Source: Candidatus Poribacteria bacterium
Lineage (GTDB): Bacteria; Poribacteria; WGA-4E; PCPOR2b
Assembly: GCA_965198175.1 (NCBI GenBank)
Contig: OZ240245.1
Location: 2,015,278-2,079,277 of the forward strand
Direction: 5' to 3'
DNA: 64,000 bases
The notes below the pieces were generated by a model. It was not told the origin of the DNA, searched no databases, and saw only the letters and a program-made list of their open reading frames with translations. This document shows, one piece after another, positions 1-8,229 of the stretch (its first letter is position 1; the number at the start of each line of letters is the position of its first letter). A program made the translations under genes and the position numbers.

Positions 1-708
1 TGAAAGATCAATGACTTCGACATCGTCGGGAATCACAAACTTAAAGGCATCAGGTGCTACTTTCTCATCCCGCCGAATTTTTTTCAACGAAACTGTTACA
101 CTGAGGGCGCTTCTGTCTTCCCTTTCAGATCTGTAACCAAACTGCACAGGCAACCAATCACTTGACTGAACCCATACCTCTAAGGTTTCGCGCGCGGGAC
201 GGGTTTCATCTACCGGTTGGGTTAACATATGAGGCTTAGGCGTCAATTCGATCTGGTAGACGCCTTTCTTGTTGGCAGTGGGATCTGGAACTAGGCTCAT
301 ATCATAATTCTCCTGGACATCTTCCAATGTAGCCCCGATTCCCGGTAATAATTCTTTGCGATCCGGATTGTTCCAACGCATCTTATTGACCTGATTCAGC
401 ATCGGCGTATAAGACCAAGAGTGATCGCCATCAAGTATAATTAATTGTACAGTCTGAGTTGGATCCTCTCGGCTCAAATACTCCTTGCGCAACAGGTTGG
501 GCTTGCTAAATACCAATCTTCCACTCGCAATGCTTTTGTTGCCATCTTGAAGCGTCGTCTCCTCAAACTCAGCGCTAAAGCTCCTGGACGTTTCATAAGC
601 AGCTTTAAACTTGTGAAATATCTCATCAACCGTATAAGCAAATCCCAACTTCCCACCGGCAATCAACAAGAACACCAGCATTTTTCCAAAACATAGCCGT
701 TTCATCAT
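1..708 (-). CDS. LolA-like outer-membrane lipoprotein carrier protein (3' end runs off the window)
   Basis: Hand-translated open frame from ATG at 708 (RBS GGGGGA). N-terminal signal-like segment, FSAEFEETT...GRLVFSKPNLLRKEY...LDGDHSWSYTPMLNQV, and C-terminal FKFVIPDDVEVIDL typical of the LolA fold. Absent from the ORF track because no stop lies in the window. Confidence 0.8.
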   Translation of the reverse strand, partial: MMKRLCFGKMLVFLLIAGGKLGFAYTVDEIFHKFKAAYETSRSFSAEFEETTLQDGNKSIASGRLVFSKPNLLRKEYLSREDPTQTVQLIILDGDHSWSYTPMLNQVNKMRWNNPDRKELLPGIGATLEDVQENYDMSLVPDPTANKKGVYQIELTPKPHMLTQPVDETRPARETLEVWVQSSDWLPVQFGYRSEREDRSALSVTVSLKKIRRDEKVAPDAFKFVIPDDVEVIDLS

Positions 709-746
709 CTTAATCCCCCGGACTTTAATTCTGGATTTACGGTTGC

Positions 747-775
747 AGTATAGCACCTGCAAACCTATTTGTCAA
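747..775 (-). promoter_or_regulatory. sigma70-type promoter for the lolA-like gene
   Basis: TTGACA-17 bp-TATACT with extended -10 TG on the minus strand. Confidence 0.75.
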
Positions 776-1295
776 CGCTGTTTTTGAAGTCTGTCACTAA
801 ATTTCATTAGACGTCGGGGTGTGTCCGCAGTTGGAAAAAAAGGCGCATCCCGGTTAGCTTACACTGTCCGTATCCGCGATTATACGTCAATGTGTCTTGA
901 AGCCATCAAAGCGTCGCTTGAATGCATTCACACCCTCATTTACCCCCGGCTACCAGCGTTTGTTCCGCATATCTACAACAACCATGGCTCGCTCCGATGG
1001 CAGCTAAGTCATTTCGCTCGACAATCTACCACTCCTGTGGACCGGTGGTTTTGGGATTTGGTTGGTGAAATGTGAAGCTAGTGTCTTTTCCCTCCAGGGA
1101 ATTAACGCTCGGGTGATTGCATCTGCTGAGTTGTTCCACGGGCTTGAGCAGAACCAGACGTAACGTCTCAGAAAATACAATCGTCTTTCTTTTTGTAACT
1201 TTTCATTACGGGATGCGTTTGGTATGGATAGAATTAACCCAAATTAAGGATTGGGGCTGATTCTCCCCTATTCATTAACGAGGAGACTATTTCAA

Positions 1296-2303
1296 ATGAC
1301 CAACAAACATTATACTTATCTAATCACCTGTGTCAGGAAAACGTCGATCGAATGGGGCATTGAATTTAAATCACTCGGCGATTCAGTGCCACCGAAAGTC
1401 GTTCGATTACCACACCTGGCGCAACCGCTAACTGAAACGCCATATTTTCAATCGAAATGTAACCCGGTAACTTATCTTAAGCAGCTAATCAAGGGCATGA
1501 CGGACATGCTTCGTGACTACCACACACGCGTTTTCAGAAAGATTCAAAGTAGACTTGAAGAGTTGCAGATTGGGGAACGTTGCTATGTCCAGGTTTCCTA
1601 CACCGATAATGGTGCGGAAATCAAACCTCATAACTACGAAATTCAACTTCTTCAGCACCCACCCTCTGAAACGCGAGACGCAAATCGTGAAAAATCAGTT
1701 GCATTGAATGCAAATAATCTATCTGTTCCTCATGGCGTTGAGACCGTCCTAGATTGGAAAGACACGACTCGATCGAGTGCGGGCAATCAAAGAAAACTTC
1801 CTGTTGAAAATACAACTGAGGTAGTGAAACAGATTACGCAATTGCGGGAGCGTGTTAGGCAACTGCAATCCGACATGGAGTTGATGCAGGAGCGACTTGC
1901 CGATGGGCGACGCTTGTCAGAAAGGATTTTGAGTGAAAGGGAGCGACATACATTCAATACGTCAGGTGTTACCGGAGGACCCAATGCGCCCCGCATTGGG
2001 AGCAGACGGATGTACATTCGTCCTGTCGGAGGAAGAGACCAACAGAAAAAGGATAGCATTATGCTCAATCGGGATGAAAGTACTGCTATCCAATACATTA
2101 TGGACCAGAAAGTTATAACTGAATCCCAGCTAAGGAGGCAATACCATATTGGTAATGCATCTGAAGTTATGGCGGGCTTGATTGACAAGATGGAACAATA
2201 CAATTCCCCCTGGATTGATGTTCAGAGAGATGAAAATGGGAAATTGATTTATCACTGGACGCAGCCGGATGAAGGCGCGATGGCTATGGCAAATACTCCT
2301 TGA
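1296..2303 (+). CDS. hypothetical protein with central coiled coil and possible C-terminal winged-helix domain
   Basis: 350-aa ORF; likely start ATG 1296 after GAGGAG; heptad-rich segment VKQITQLRERVRQLQSDMELMQERL; no family recognised. Confidence 0.55.
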   Translation: MTNKHYTYLITCVRKTSIEWGIEFKSLGDSVPPKVVRLPHLAQPLTETPYFQSKCNPVTYLKQLIKGMTDMLRDYHTRVFRKIQSRLEELQIGERCYVQVSYTDNGAEIKPHNYEIQLLQHPPSETRDANREKSVALNANNLSVPHGVETVLDWKDTTRSSAGNQRKLPVENTTEVVKQITQLRERVRQLQSDMELMQERLADGRRLSERILSERERHTFNTSGVTGGPNAPRIGSRRMYIRPVGGRDQQKKDSIMLNRDESTAIQYIMDQKVITESQLRRQYHIGNASEVMAGLIDKMEQYNSPWIDVQRDENGKLIYHWTQPDEGAMAMANTP

Positions 2304-2504
2304 GGAACGGGATCCGCGCCTCGGCATGAACCTCATGTCCATCTTGCAAAGTAGTCTAAAAGGTAAGATTTTCTCGAAGACTTGACGCTGTGTAAATCTA
2401 CTTTGGCATCTGACTTGATAAAGTATGTATCATCAGGTAGGCATCGCAGCTAAATCTAGCAAAGGTTCATCCAATTTCAACTGAGTAGAGCGCTCTTCCG
2501 AAGT

Positions 2505-2834
2505 CTAACTTTCTAGCGGTGCGTCAATCTCCATCTCAAGCAGAATCGCGCTAAATCCCTTACCGTGCCCATCAATCATCAACGAACGCGAAACCCCGCC
2601 TCCAAGTGCGTTACGAACAACGAAGTTTAACGCGCCAATTCTCGGCAGTTCGTAGCGCTCTATTTGCCCGTGCGGTATGTCCTTGAGAAAGTCATCTACA
2701 GCTTCAACCGTCACGTGTTCCTTCACCCACTCGTAGTGAGCTTGGTTGTAGACAATCAGCCCGATATTGACGGTGTCCGCCTTGTCACCCGATCGCGAGT
2801 GACATATCTGTCTAAGTTTAATCCGATCAGCCAT
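2505..2834 (-). CDS. AtuA C-terminal-domain-like small protein
   Basis: HSRSGDKADTVNIG and LGGGVSRSLMIDGHGK motifs; directly downstream of the AtuA-family gene; ATG at 2834 after GGGGAA. Confidence 0.8.
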   Translation of the reverse strand: MADRIKLRQICHSRSGDKADTVNIGLIVYNQAHYEWVKEHVTVEAVDDFLKDIPHGQIERYELPRIGALNFVVRNALGGGVSRSLMIDGHGKGFSAILLEMEIDAPLES

Positions 2835-2847
2835 AGTAATTCCCCTT

Positions 2848-4215
2848 TCACTCCACAACGAATTCGTGTACGTCAAACTGCACGGCTTCTTGTGGCAACA
2901 GCGTGGTATAAAGTCCAATGACTTGCTCTGGCCCCGCTTGGTAATCGAGCCGCAGTCCTTGGCTTACGCCCGCCGGTCCGTTCAGAGCGAGTGACTCAAC
3001 GTCGTGCAATACTTCCCACGCCTGTTCTTGGGTCTCAAAATAGCCGCTCACTCTCAGCTCAACTTCTTTTACGGCAGACAGATCTATATCCGGCCAGGGG
3101 AAGAGTGCGTTGACCCCAACGAAATCGAACCGCAAGGCAGATCTGTCAATACCGTGAACGTGGGTTGCCCGCTCGGCAATTGTATCGGCTGCTAGCTTTG
3201 CTCTCGCATACGCCCCAGTTCCACCATAGTAGGCTCGGCTAACTGCCACAAAGTTTTCACGCACACCGAGAAGTACCTTGACCATTGAAGGTCGAGGATG
3301 CCCTCTCGTCCCGGTTACGCTAACTCGATTTGAGCCAGCTTGTTTAATCTCGGTGTTGGTGAAATCGACTACGCCATCGTTATGGATGTAGTTGCTAGGG
3401 TCATGAAGTTCGTAGAGCAGTTGCTCTTTGACAGTTCGCTCGGATACTACCCCACCGGTATTGGAAACCTTCGTGATAATGGCGTCTCCATTCGCTTGCA
3501 CCTCTGCGATAGGCATTCCAATGTCGTCTAAACCCGATACATCCTTCATCCCGGGATCTGCGTGGTATCCACCGGAAAGCTGTGCACCGCACTCCATCAA
3601 GTGTCCAATGCTAAGCCCTCTCGCCATCAGATCCCAATCATCCAGCCGCCAATCCATTTCAAATATCAACGGCGCGAGAAATTGGGTGGAATCACCGGCT
3701 CTGCTCGTAATCACGATATTTGCGCCGCGCCGCAACCCCTCAACAATCAGCGGTGCACCTTGATAGGTGATGGCTGCTACAAGCCTATCGCCGAAGGTAG
3801 AGACTGGTTCACCTGTCTCGGTTGTTACTGGATTTATTTCTTTGATGAGATCGGCACTACTGTCCGGCTGGGTATAAGCGACTTTGATGCCGCTAATGTT
3901 CAGCTCATCGCAGATTTCGGCTGCTAGCTTAACCGCACCCTCTACATCTGCACTTCCACCATTGTGAATAATCTTAACACCATTCTTGACGCATGTTGGG
4001 AGTACAGTTCGCAGTGTCCTACCAAGCGTTACATCGTATCCGATATCACCCTTTGCCTTGCGTAGGGCGGATTCAGAATACGCTTTTTCCGACTGAGCGT
4101 CAAAAATTAGATAATCAATCTCACCATACTCCGCTAGTTTAAGTGCGGCGTCTATGCGATCTCCACCGGCGCCGGAGCCGCTTCCTAACCGAACTGTTGA
4201 TTTTCGTGTTTTTAT
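2848..4215 (-). CDS. acyclic terpene utilisation AtuA family protein (DUF1446)
   Basis: GHLMECGAQLSGG, VKEQLLYELHDPSNY and GPAG motifs; start uncertain (ATA 4215 behind AAGGAGG, or GTG 4296). Confidence 0.85.
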   Translation of the reverse strand: MKTRKSTVRLGSGSGAGGDRIDAALKLAEYGEIDYLIFDAQSEKAYSESALRKAKGDIGYDVTLGRTLRTVLPTCVKNGVKIIHNGGSADVEGAVKLAAEICDELNISGIKVAYTQPDSSADLIKEINPVTTETGEPVSTFGDRLVAAITYQGAPLIVEGLRRGANIVITSRAGDSTQFLAPLIFEMDWRLDDWDLMARGLSIGHLMECGAQLSGGYHADPGMKDVSGLDDIGMPIAEVQANGDAIITKVSNTGGVVSERTVKEQLLYELHDPSNYIHNDGVVDFTNTEIKQAGSNRVSVTGTRGHPRPSMVKVLLGVRENFVAVSRAYYGGTGAYARAKLAADTIAERATHVHGIDRSALRFDFVGVNALFPWPDIDLSAVKEVELRVSGYFETQEQAWEVLHDVESLALNGPAGVSQGLRLDYQAGPEQVIGLYTTLLPQEAVQFDVHEFVVE

Positions 4216-4283
4216 TGTCTTACCCTCCTTAACACTTAGCAGTGTGAATTTCGAAGACCGACAACCTTTCGACACGCCTATCT

Positions 4284-6221
4284 CTACTCCCACCACCTGA
4301 CGGGGTGCCAGCCCATGTTATACGTCATGATTTTGAATGCTGCGTTCATGATGCTCCAAATGCCCCCCATGGCGTAATCTCCTAGTATCAAACCCGCAAA
4401 GAACGGGATGGCTTTTCGATACGCTCGCAAGCCGCCATACCGAAGAATGGTGAATTTTAGACACCAACTTATCAGCACGGGCACCCAGATATAGATCATC
4501 TCCGCAGGACTCACCCCCAGAACATAACCGACCGGGTGAAATGGCCACCACAGAAAGCGCATCTTCATCGCTAACAGAAATCCCGTGATTGCCGCACCTA
4601 GTCCCATAAAGCCGATTGTCGCGTAGTTTGTTGTTGTTGGAAAAGTTAGCCACAGCTGGAGACGTTGTGCAAAGCTTTCCCGTCCCATGCCCCCGATTTC
4701 CGATTGATTCTCAACGCCAAAGTGGTACGAAAGACCAAAGTATATCACAAAGGTTGCTGGTATGCCGACGGCAAAGGCAAGAATCATCGCCCATGTTAGC
4801 TTTCGACGATTAATATTCGCGTGTTCACCGATTCGGAAAGCTTCCAGTTGATTTGGCATCGGATGACCGGGCTGGTCTCGATTAAGTCCAAAAAAGAAGG
4901 ACAGAATCGTCAAGTTTCGGGCTCCAAAGGTTCGCGTCCCCAGTGAGGTTACCATTGTTCGCCCCGGATCCAGCCAAAGCAGTTCATGCACGGGTAATCC
5001 AAGTCCACTCCGCATCTTGGTAACGCCCAGGGCACCACAGCAGTATAGCGTTAAGAACAGCAGGATGACCCACAGAGAAAGTCCGGCGTTATAGGCGAAA
5101 ACGAACAGAAAAGCCACACCCGCTAGGATACCCAGGATTGCGGCCCGGTACGACATTGGCTCCATCGCATCATCGATTGCCTCCTTTCCCGTGAATATCT
5201 GCGAAAAGACCCGCTTGAGATGTCTCCGTCCAACCCACAGCGCTAGAATCCCCAAGCCAATCCACGCCCCTTGAGCTTGTTCCTCGAGATAAAGTTCGCG
5301 CCAGCCCATTGTGACGCCCAGCGACAATTGCGTCATTTTTTTGAAAAAGTAAAAGAACCATGCCGAAAACGCGAGATCCAGCGGCATAAAATAGGAGAGT
5401 CCAATGACAAACGGCTGGAAGGAGATTCGGGTTCCGTGCATATAACTCCACGGCTTTTCCGGAAAATTGATCTGCGTCCAGCCGACCGGTATATAAGGGA
5501 CAAAAGGATAGAAAGCCTTCAGACCGTTAAAAAGACTAATGCCAGCCGCAATCCCAAAGCCTACCCACATTAACCGATTCTTCAAGAATCCAATCGGGTC
5601 CCGCCCCATCTCCAGCGGCAACCAAGTAATAGGGTACGTGAGTCGCTCATGATCGGAGAACTGTCGTTTGATAATCGTGTTGATGCAGATGAGAATGAAG
5701 CAGAGGACAAATAGAAAGGCAGACCAGTAAAACAGCGGACCAATCCAAGCCTTGATGTACTGTAAGGAAAAGAAAGAGGTTTCACCAAGAAAAAAGCCTC
5801 GTAGGTCATTTTCGTCCTCGACGGTGAACCATCCCGGGATATAATGCCAGAAGAGATTACGCCAGTCGTTTTCCGCTGTGGCGTACCAATAGGGGTGAGC
5901 GATTGGCCCAAGCAGCCGCGTCATTCGGTGTCCGGATATGGACGACACCATGACGACCATGACGTAGATGACCAACAAATCGGAGTGTTTGAAGGCGTAT
6001 CTTCCAACAATCTTCTTTGACAGGAGATTTATCAATATCAGCACAAACAGCGTGAATACCGCATTACTGAACAGCGACATATACGTGTGATTTAGCCCTT
6101 TTAGGTAGTCGTTGGCTGAGATCCAGTAGGAATTGACGACCACCAAAATCACGCCGATAGCCAGCGCACTAAGGGAAATCCCACTTGGCGCTTGGCTTCT
6201 AGTGCCTGGCAAATTATCCAA
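4284..6221 (-). CDS. multi-pass membrane protein, DUF6785/DUF6784 (putative peptide transporter) type
   Basis: 645 aa, many TM segments, QFSDHERLTYPI and C-terminal LRFLWWPFHPVGY...ILRYGGLRAYRKAIPFFAGLILGD motifs. Confidence 0.7.
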   Translation of the reverse strand: MDNLPGTRSQAPSGISLSALAIGVILVVVNSYWISANDYLKGLNHTYMSLFSNAVFTLFVLILINLLSKKIVGRYAFKHSDLLVIYVMVVMVSSISGHRMTRLLGPIAHPYWYATAENDWRNLFWHYIPGWFTVEDENDLRGFFLGETSFFSLQYIKAWIGPLFYWSAFLFVLCFILICINTIIKRQFSDHERLTYPITWLPLEMGRDPIGFLKNRLMWVGFGIAAGISLFNGLKAFYPFVPYIPVGWTQINFPEKPWSYMHGTRISFQPFVIGLSYFMPLDLAFSAWFFYFFKKMTQLSLGVTMGWRELYLEEQAQGAWIGLGILALWVGRRHLKRVFSQIFTGKEAIDDAMEPMSYRAAILGILAGVAFLFVFAYNAGLSLWVILLFLTLYCCGALGVTKMRSGLGLPVHELLWLDPGRTMVTSLGTRTFGARNLTILSFFFGLNRDQPGHPMPNQLEAFRIGEHANINRRKLTWAMILAFAVGIPATFVIYFGLSYHFGVENQSEIGGMGRESFAQRLQLWLTFPTTTNYATIGFMGLGAAITGFLLAMKMRFLWWPFHPVGYVLGVSPAEMIYIWVPVLISWCLKFTILRYGGLRAYRKAIPFFAGLILGDYAMGGIWSIMNAAFKIMTYNMGWHPVRWWE

Positions 6222-6483
6222 AAATAAGTCCTCACTTTAACAGATGCGTACTATCGTTCAATCCATGTTCAACGGCACAACCACTGTTCTAACATATTTC
6301 ATAACTGAGTGTAATAGCGTAATGCGTAAAGATATCAAGAGACTATACCGAAGCATTACGTATATTCTCGAACTCGATACATCGCGGCTTTGGAAATCCG
6401 TCTCTCAAATTTGACCAATATAACGTTGCGGCGACGGTGTCGGACATTTGACGCATTGTTGATTGTTCCGCACACTAGGTTAT

Positions 6484-6512
6484 ATTATAAAACTTTCGCC
6501 CGTTGTTGTCAA
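6484..6512 (-). promoter_or_regulatory. perfect consensus sigma70 promoter
   Basis: TTGACA-17 bp-TATAAT on the minus strand, about 260 bp upstream of the membrane-protein gene. Confidence 0.8.
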
Positions 6513-6714
6513 CACACTCAATGCTTGGCATTTTCAGTTGAAATTTGGGGTTTGTTGGGATATTATTTTAGTGCCACGATACGAAAACTTCATCCAGCAA
6601 TTCGAGCTTGTCAACACAACTTAGAAGACATAAAAGTCCAACCGAAATGACGGGGCTGTTTTTTGCTAAATAGGCACGCCCCTTGTCTGAGTTTCTATCT
6701 CTAGATTTTTTCTG

Positions 6715-6743
6715 TTGACATCTCTGATGTTTTTGATTAAGAT
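6715..6743 (+). promoter_or_regulatory. sigma70-type promoter of the molybdoenzyme operon
   Basis: TTGACA-17 bp-TAAGAT. Confidence 0.7.
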
Positions 6744-6858
6744 AAAGCGTGTGACAAACAAGTGCCGTAAAATGTGCAGCCCCGGTCGATGATCGGGATC
6801 CCACTGCGCTCACCAAGTTCCACTTGTGAACCATCTATCTTGAAAGGAGATTGATGCC

Positions 6859-7734
6859 TTGCGAGCGTTTGACTATATTCCCGCAAAAACCGTTAATGAG
6901 GCACTGGCTTTGCTCGCTGAAAAAGGCGATCAGGCAAAACCACTGAGCGGCGGAACAGATCTCATTGTTATGGTTAGAGAGGGCAGGCGGCAGTTAGAAT
7001 TGATGGTAGATGTCAAAGACATCCCCGAAACCAACGTGCTTGCGTATTCCCATGAAACCGGCTTACATCTCGGTGCGGCTGTACCCTGCTATAAAATCTA
7101 TGGAGATGATGCTATTTGCGCTGCATATCCGGGGCTTGCAGACGCTGCCAAGATTATCGGTGGCACCGCAATTCAAGGCAGGGCGAGTGTCGGCGGCAAT
7201 TTGTGCAACGCCTCGCCTGCTGCGGATACGATACCACCGTTGATTGTGCTAGAAACTACCTGCGTCATTGCGGGTCCAAACGGGACGCGCGAAGTCCCGG
7301 TAGTGCAGTTTTGTACAGGACCGGGGCAAACAGTCTTGGAACGGGGAGAATTTCTCCTATCGTTCAAGATTCCCCCACCAAAGAAAAATTCAAGTTCTTA
7401 TTATCTTCGATTCATCCCACGCAATGAAATGGACATCGCTGTTGTGGGCGCTGGCGCATCAGTCGTTCTGGACGACGCAAAATCGTCGTTCGTCTCAGCC
7501 CGAATCGGACTGGCTGCGGTCGCCCCAACACCATTATTCGCCGAGGAAGCCAGCGCGTCGCTTGCTGGGGTGGAAGTTTCCGACGAAGCAGTCAATGCAG
7601 CGGCTGAAGCAGCGCGCCAAATTGCCCGACCAATCAGCGACATGCGCGGAACGATTGAACAGAGGGTTCACCTCGTTGAAGTGCTGACGCGTCGCGCCTT
7701 AAATGGCGCAATTCAAAGAGTGAAGGAGTCGTGA
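6859..7734 (+). CDS. xanthine dehydrogenase family FAD-binding subunit (CoxM-like)
   Basis: LSGGTDL and ASVGGNLCNASPAAD FAD-binding motifs. Confidence 0.92.
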   Translation: MRAFDYIPAKTVNEALALLAEKGDQAKPLSGGTDLIVMVREGRRQLELMVDVKDIPETNVLAYSHETGLHLGAAVPCYKIYGDDAICAAYPGLADAAKIIGGTAIQGRASVGGNLCNASPAADTIPPLIVLETTCVIAGPNGTREVPVVQFCTGPGQTVLERGEFLLSFKIPPPKKNSSSYYLRFIPRNEMDIAVVGAGASVVLDDAKSSFVSARIGLAAVAPTPLFAEEASASLAGVEVSDEAVNAAAEAARQIARPISDMRGTIEQRVHLVEVLTRRALNGAIQRVKES

Positions 7735-7740
7735 AAATAG

Positions 7741-8229
7741 ATGCCCAGAAAAGTTCATGTTCAAACGACAATTAACGGCGAAACAGTTGAATTTCTGTGT
7801 GAGCCTCGCCAGAGCCTGCTTGAAGTCTTGCGAGATGAACTCGGGTTGACCGGCGCCAAAGAAGGATGCAACAACGGCAACTGCGGCGCTTGCAGCGTAA
7901 TGCTTGATGGACGGCTGGTCAATTCCTGTATTGTGCTTGGCGTTGAAATAGAAGGGAAATCGGTAGAAACCGTTGAAGGTCTCGCCGAACCGGGCAAACT
8001 CCATCCGATCCAGGAAATCTTCCTGGAAGACGCTGCGCTTCAGTGCGGTATCTGCACGCCCGGCTTTATCGTAGCAGCAAAGGCGCTGCTGGACAAAAAC
8101 CCTAACCCAACTGAGTACGAAGTCCGTTACTGGCTGGCAGGCAATCTGTGCCGTTGTACCGGTTACGATAAGATTGTCCGTGCTGTGCTCGATTCGGCTC
8201 AAATCGTGTCTTCGGAGGTAGGTACATAA
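7741..8229 (+). CDS. xanthine dehydrogenase family (2Fe-2S)-binding subunit (CoxS-like)
   Basis: GCNNGNCGAC, QCGICTPG and NLCRCTGY iron-sulfur motifs. Confidence 0.95.
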   Translation: MPRKVHVQTTINGETVEFLCEPRQSLLEVLRDELGLTGAKEGCNNGNCGACSVMLDGRLVNSCIVLGVEIEGKSVETVEGLAEPGKLHPIQEIFLEDAALQCGICTPGFIVAAKALLDKNPNPTEYEVRYWLAGNLCRCTGYDKIVRAVLDSAQIVSSEVGT

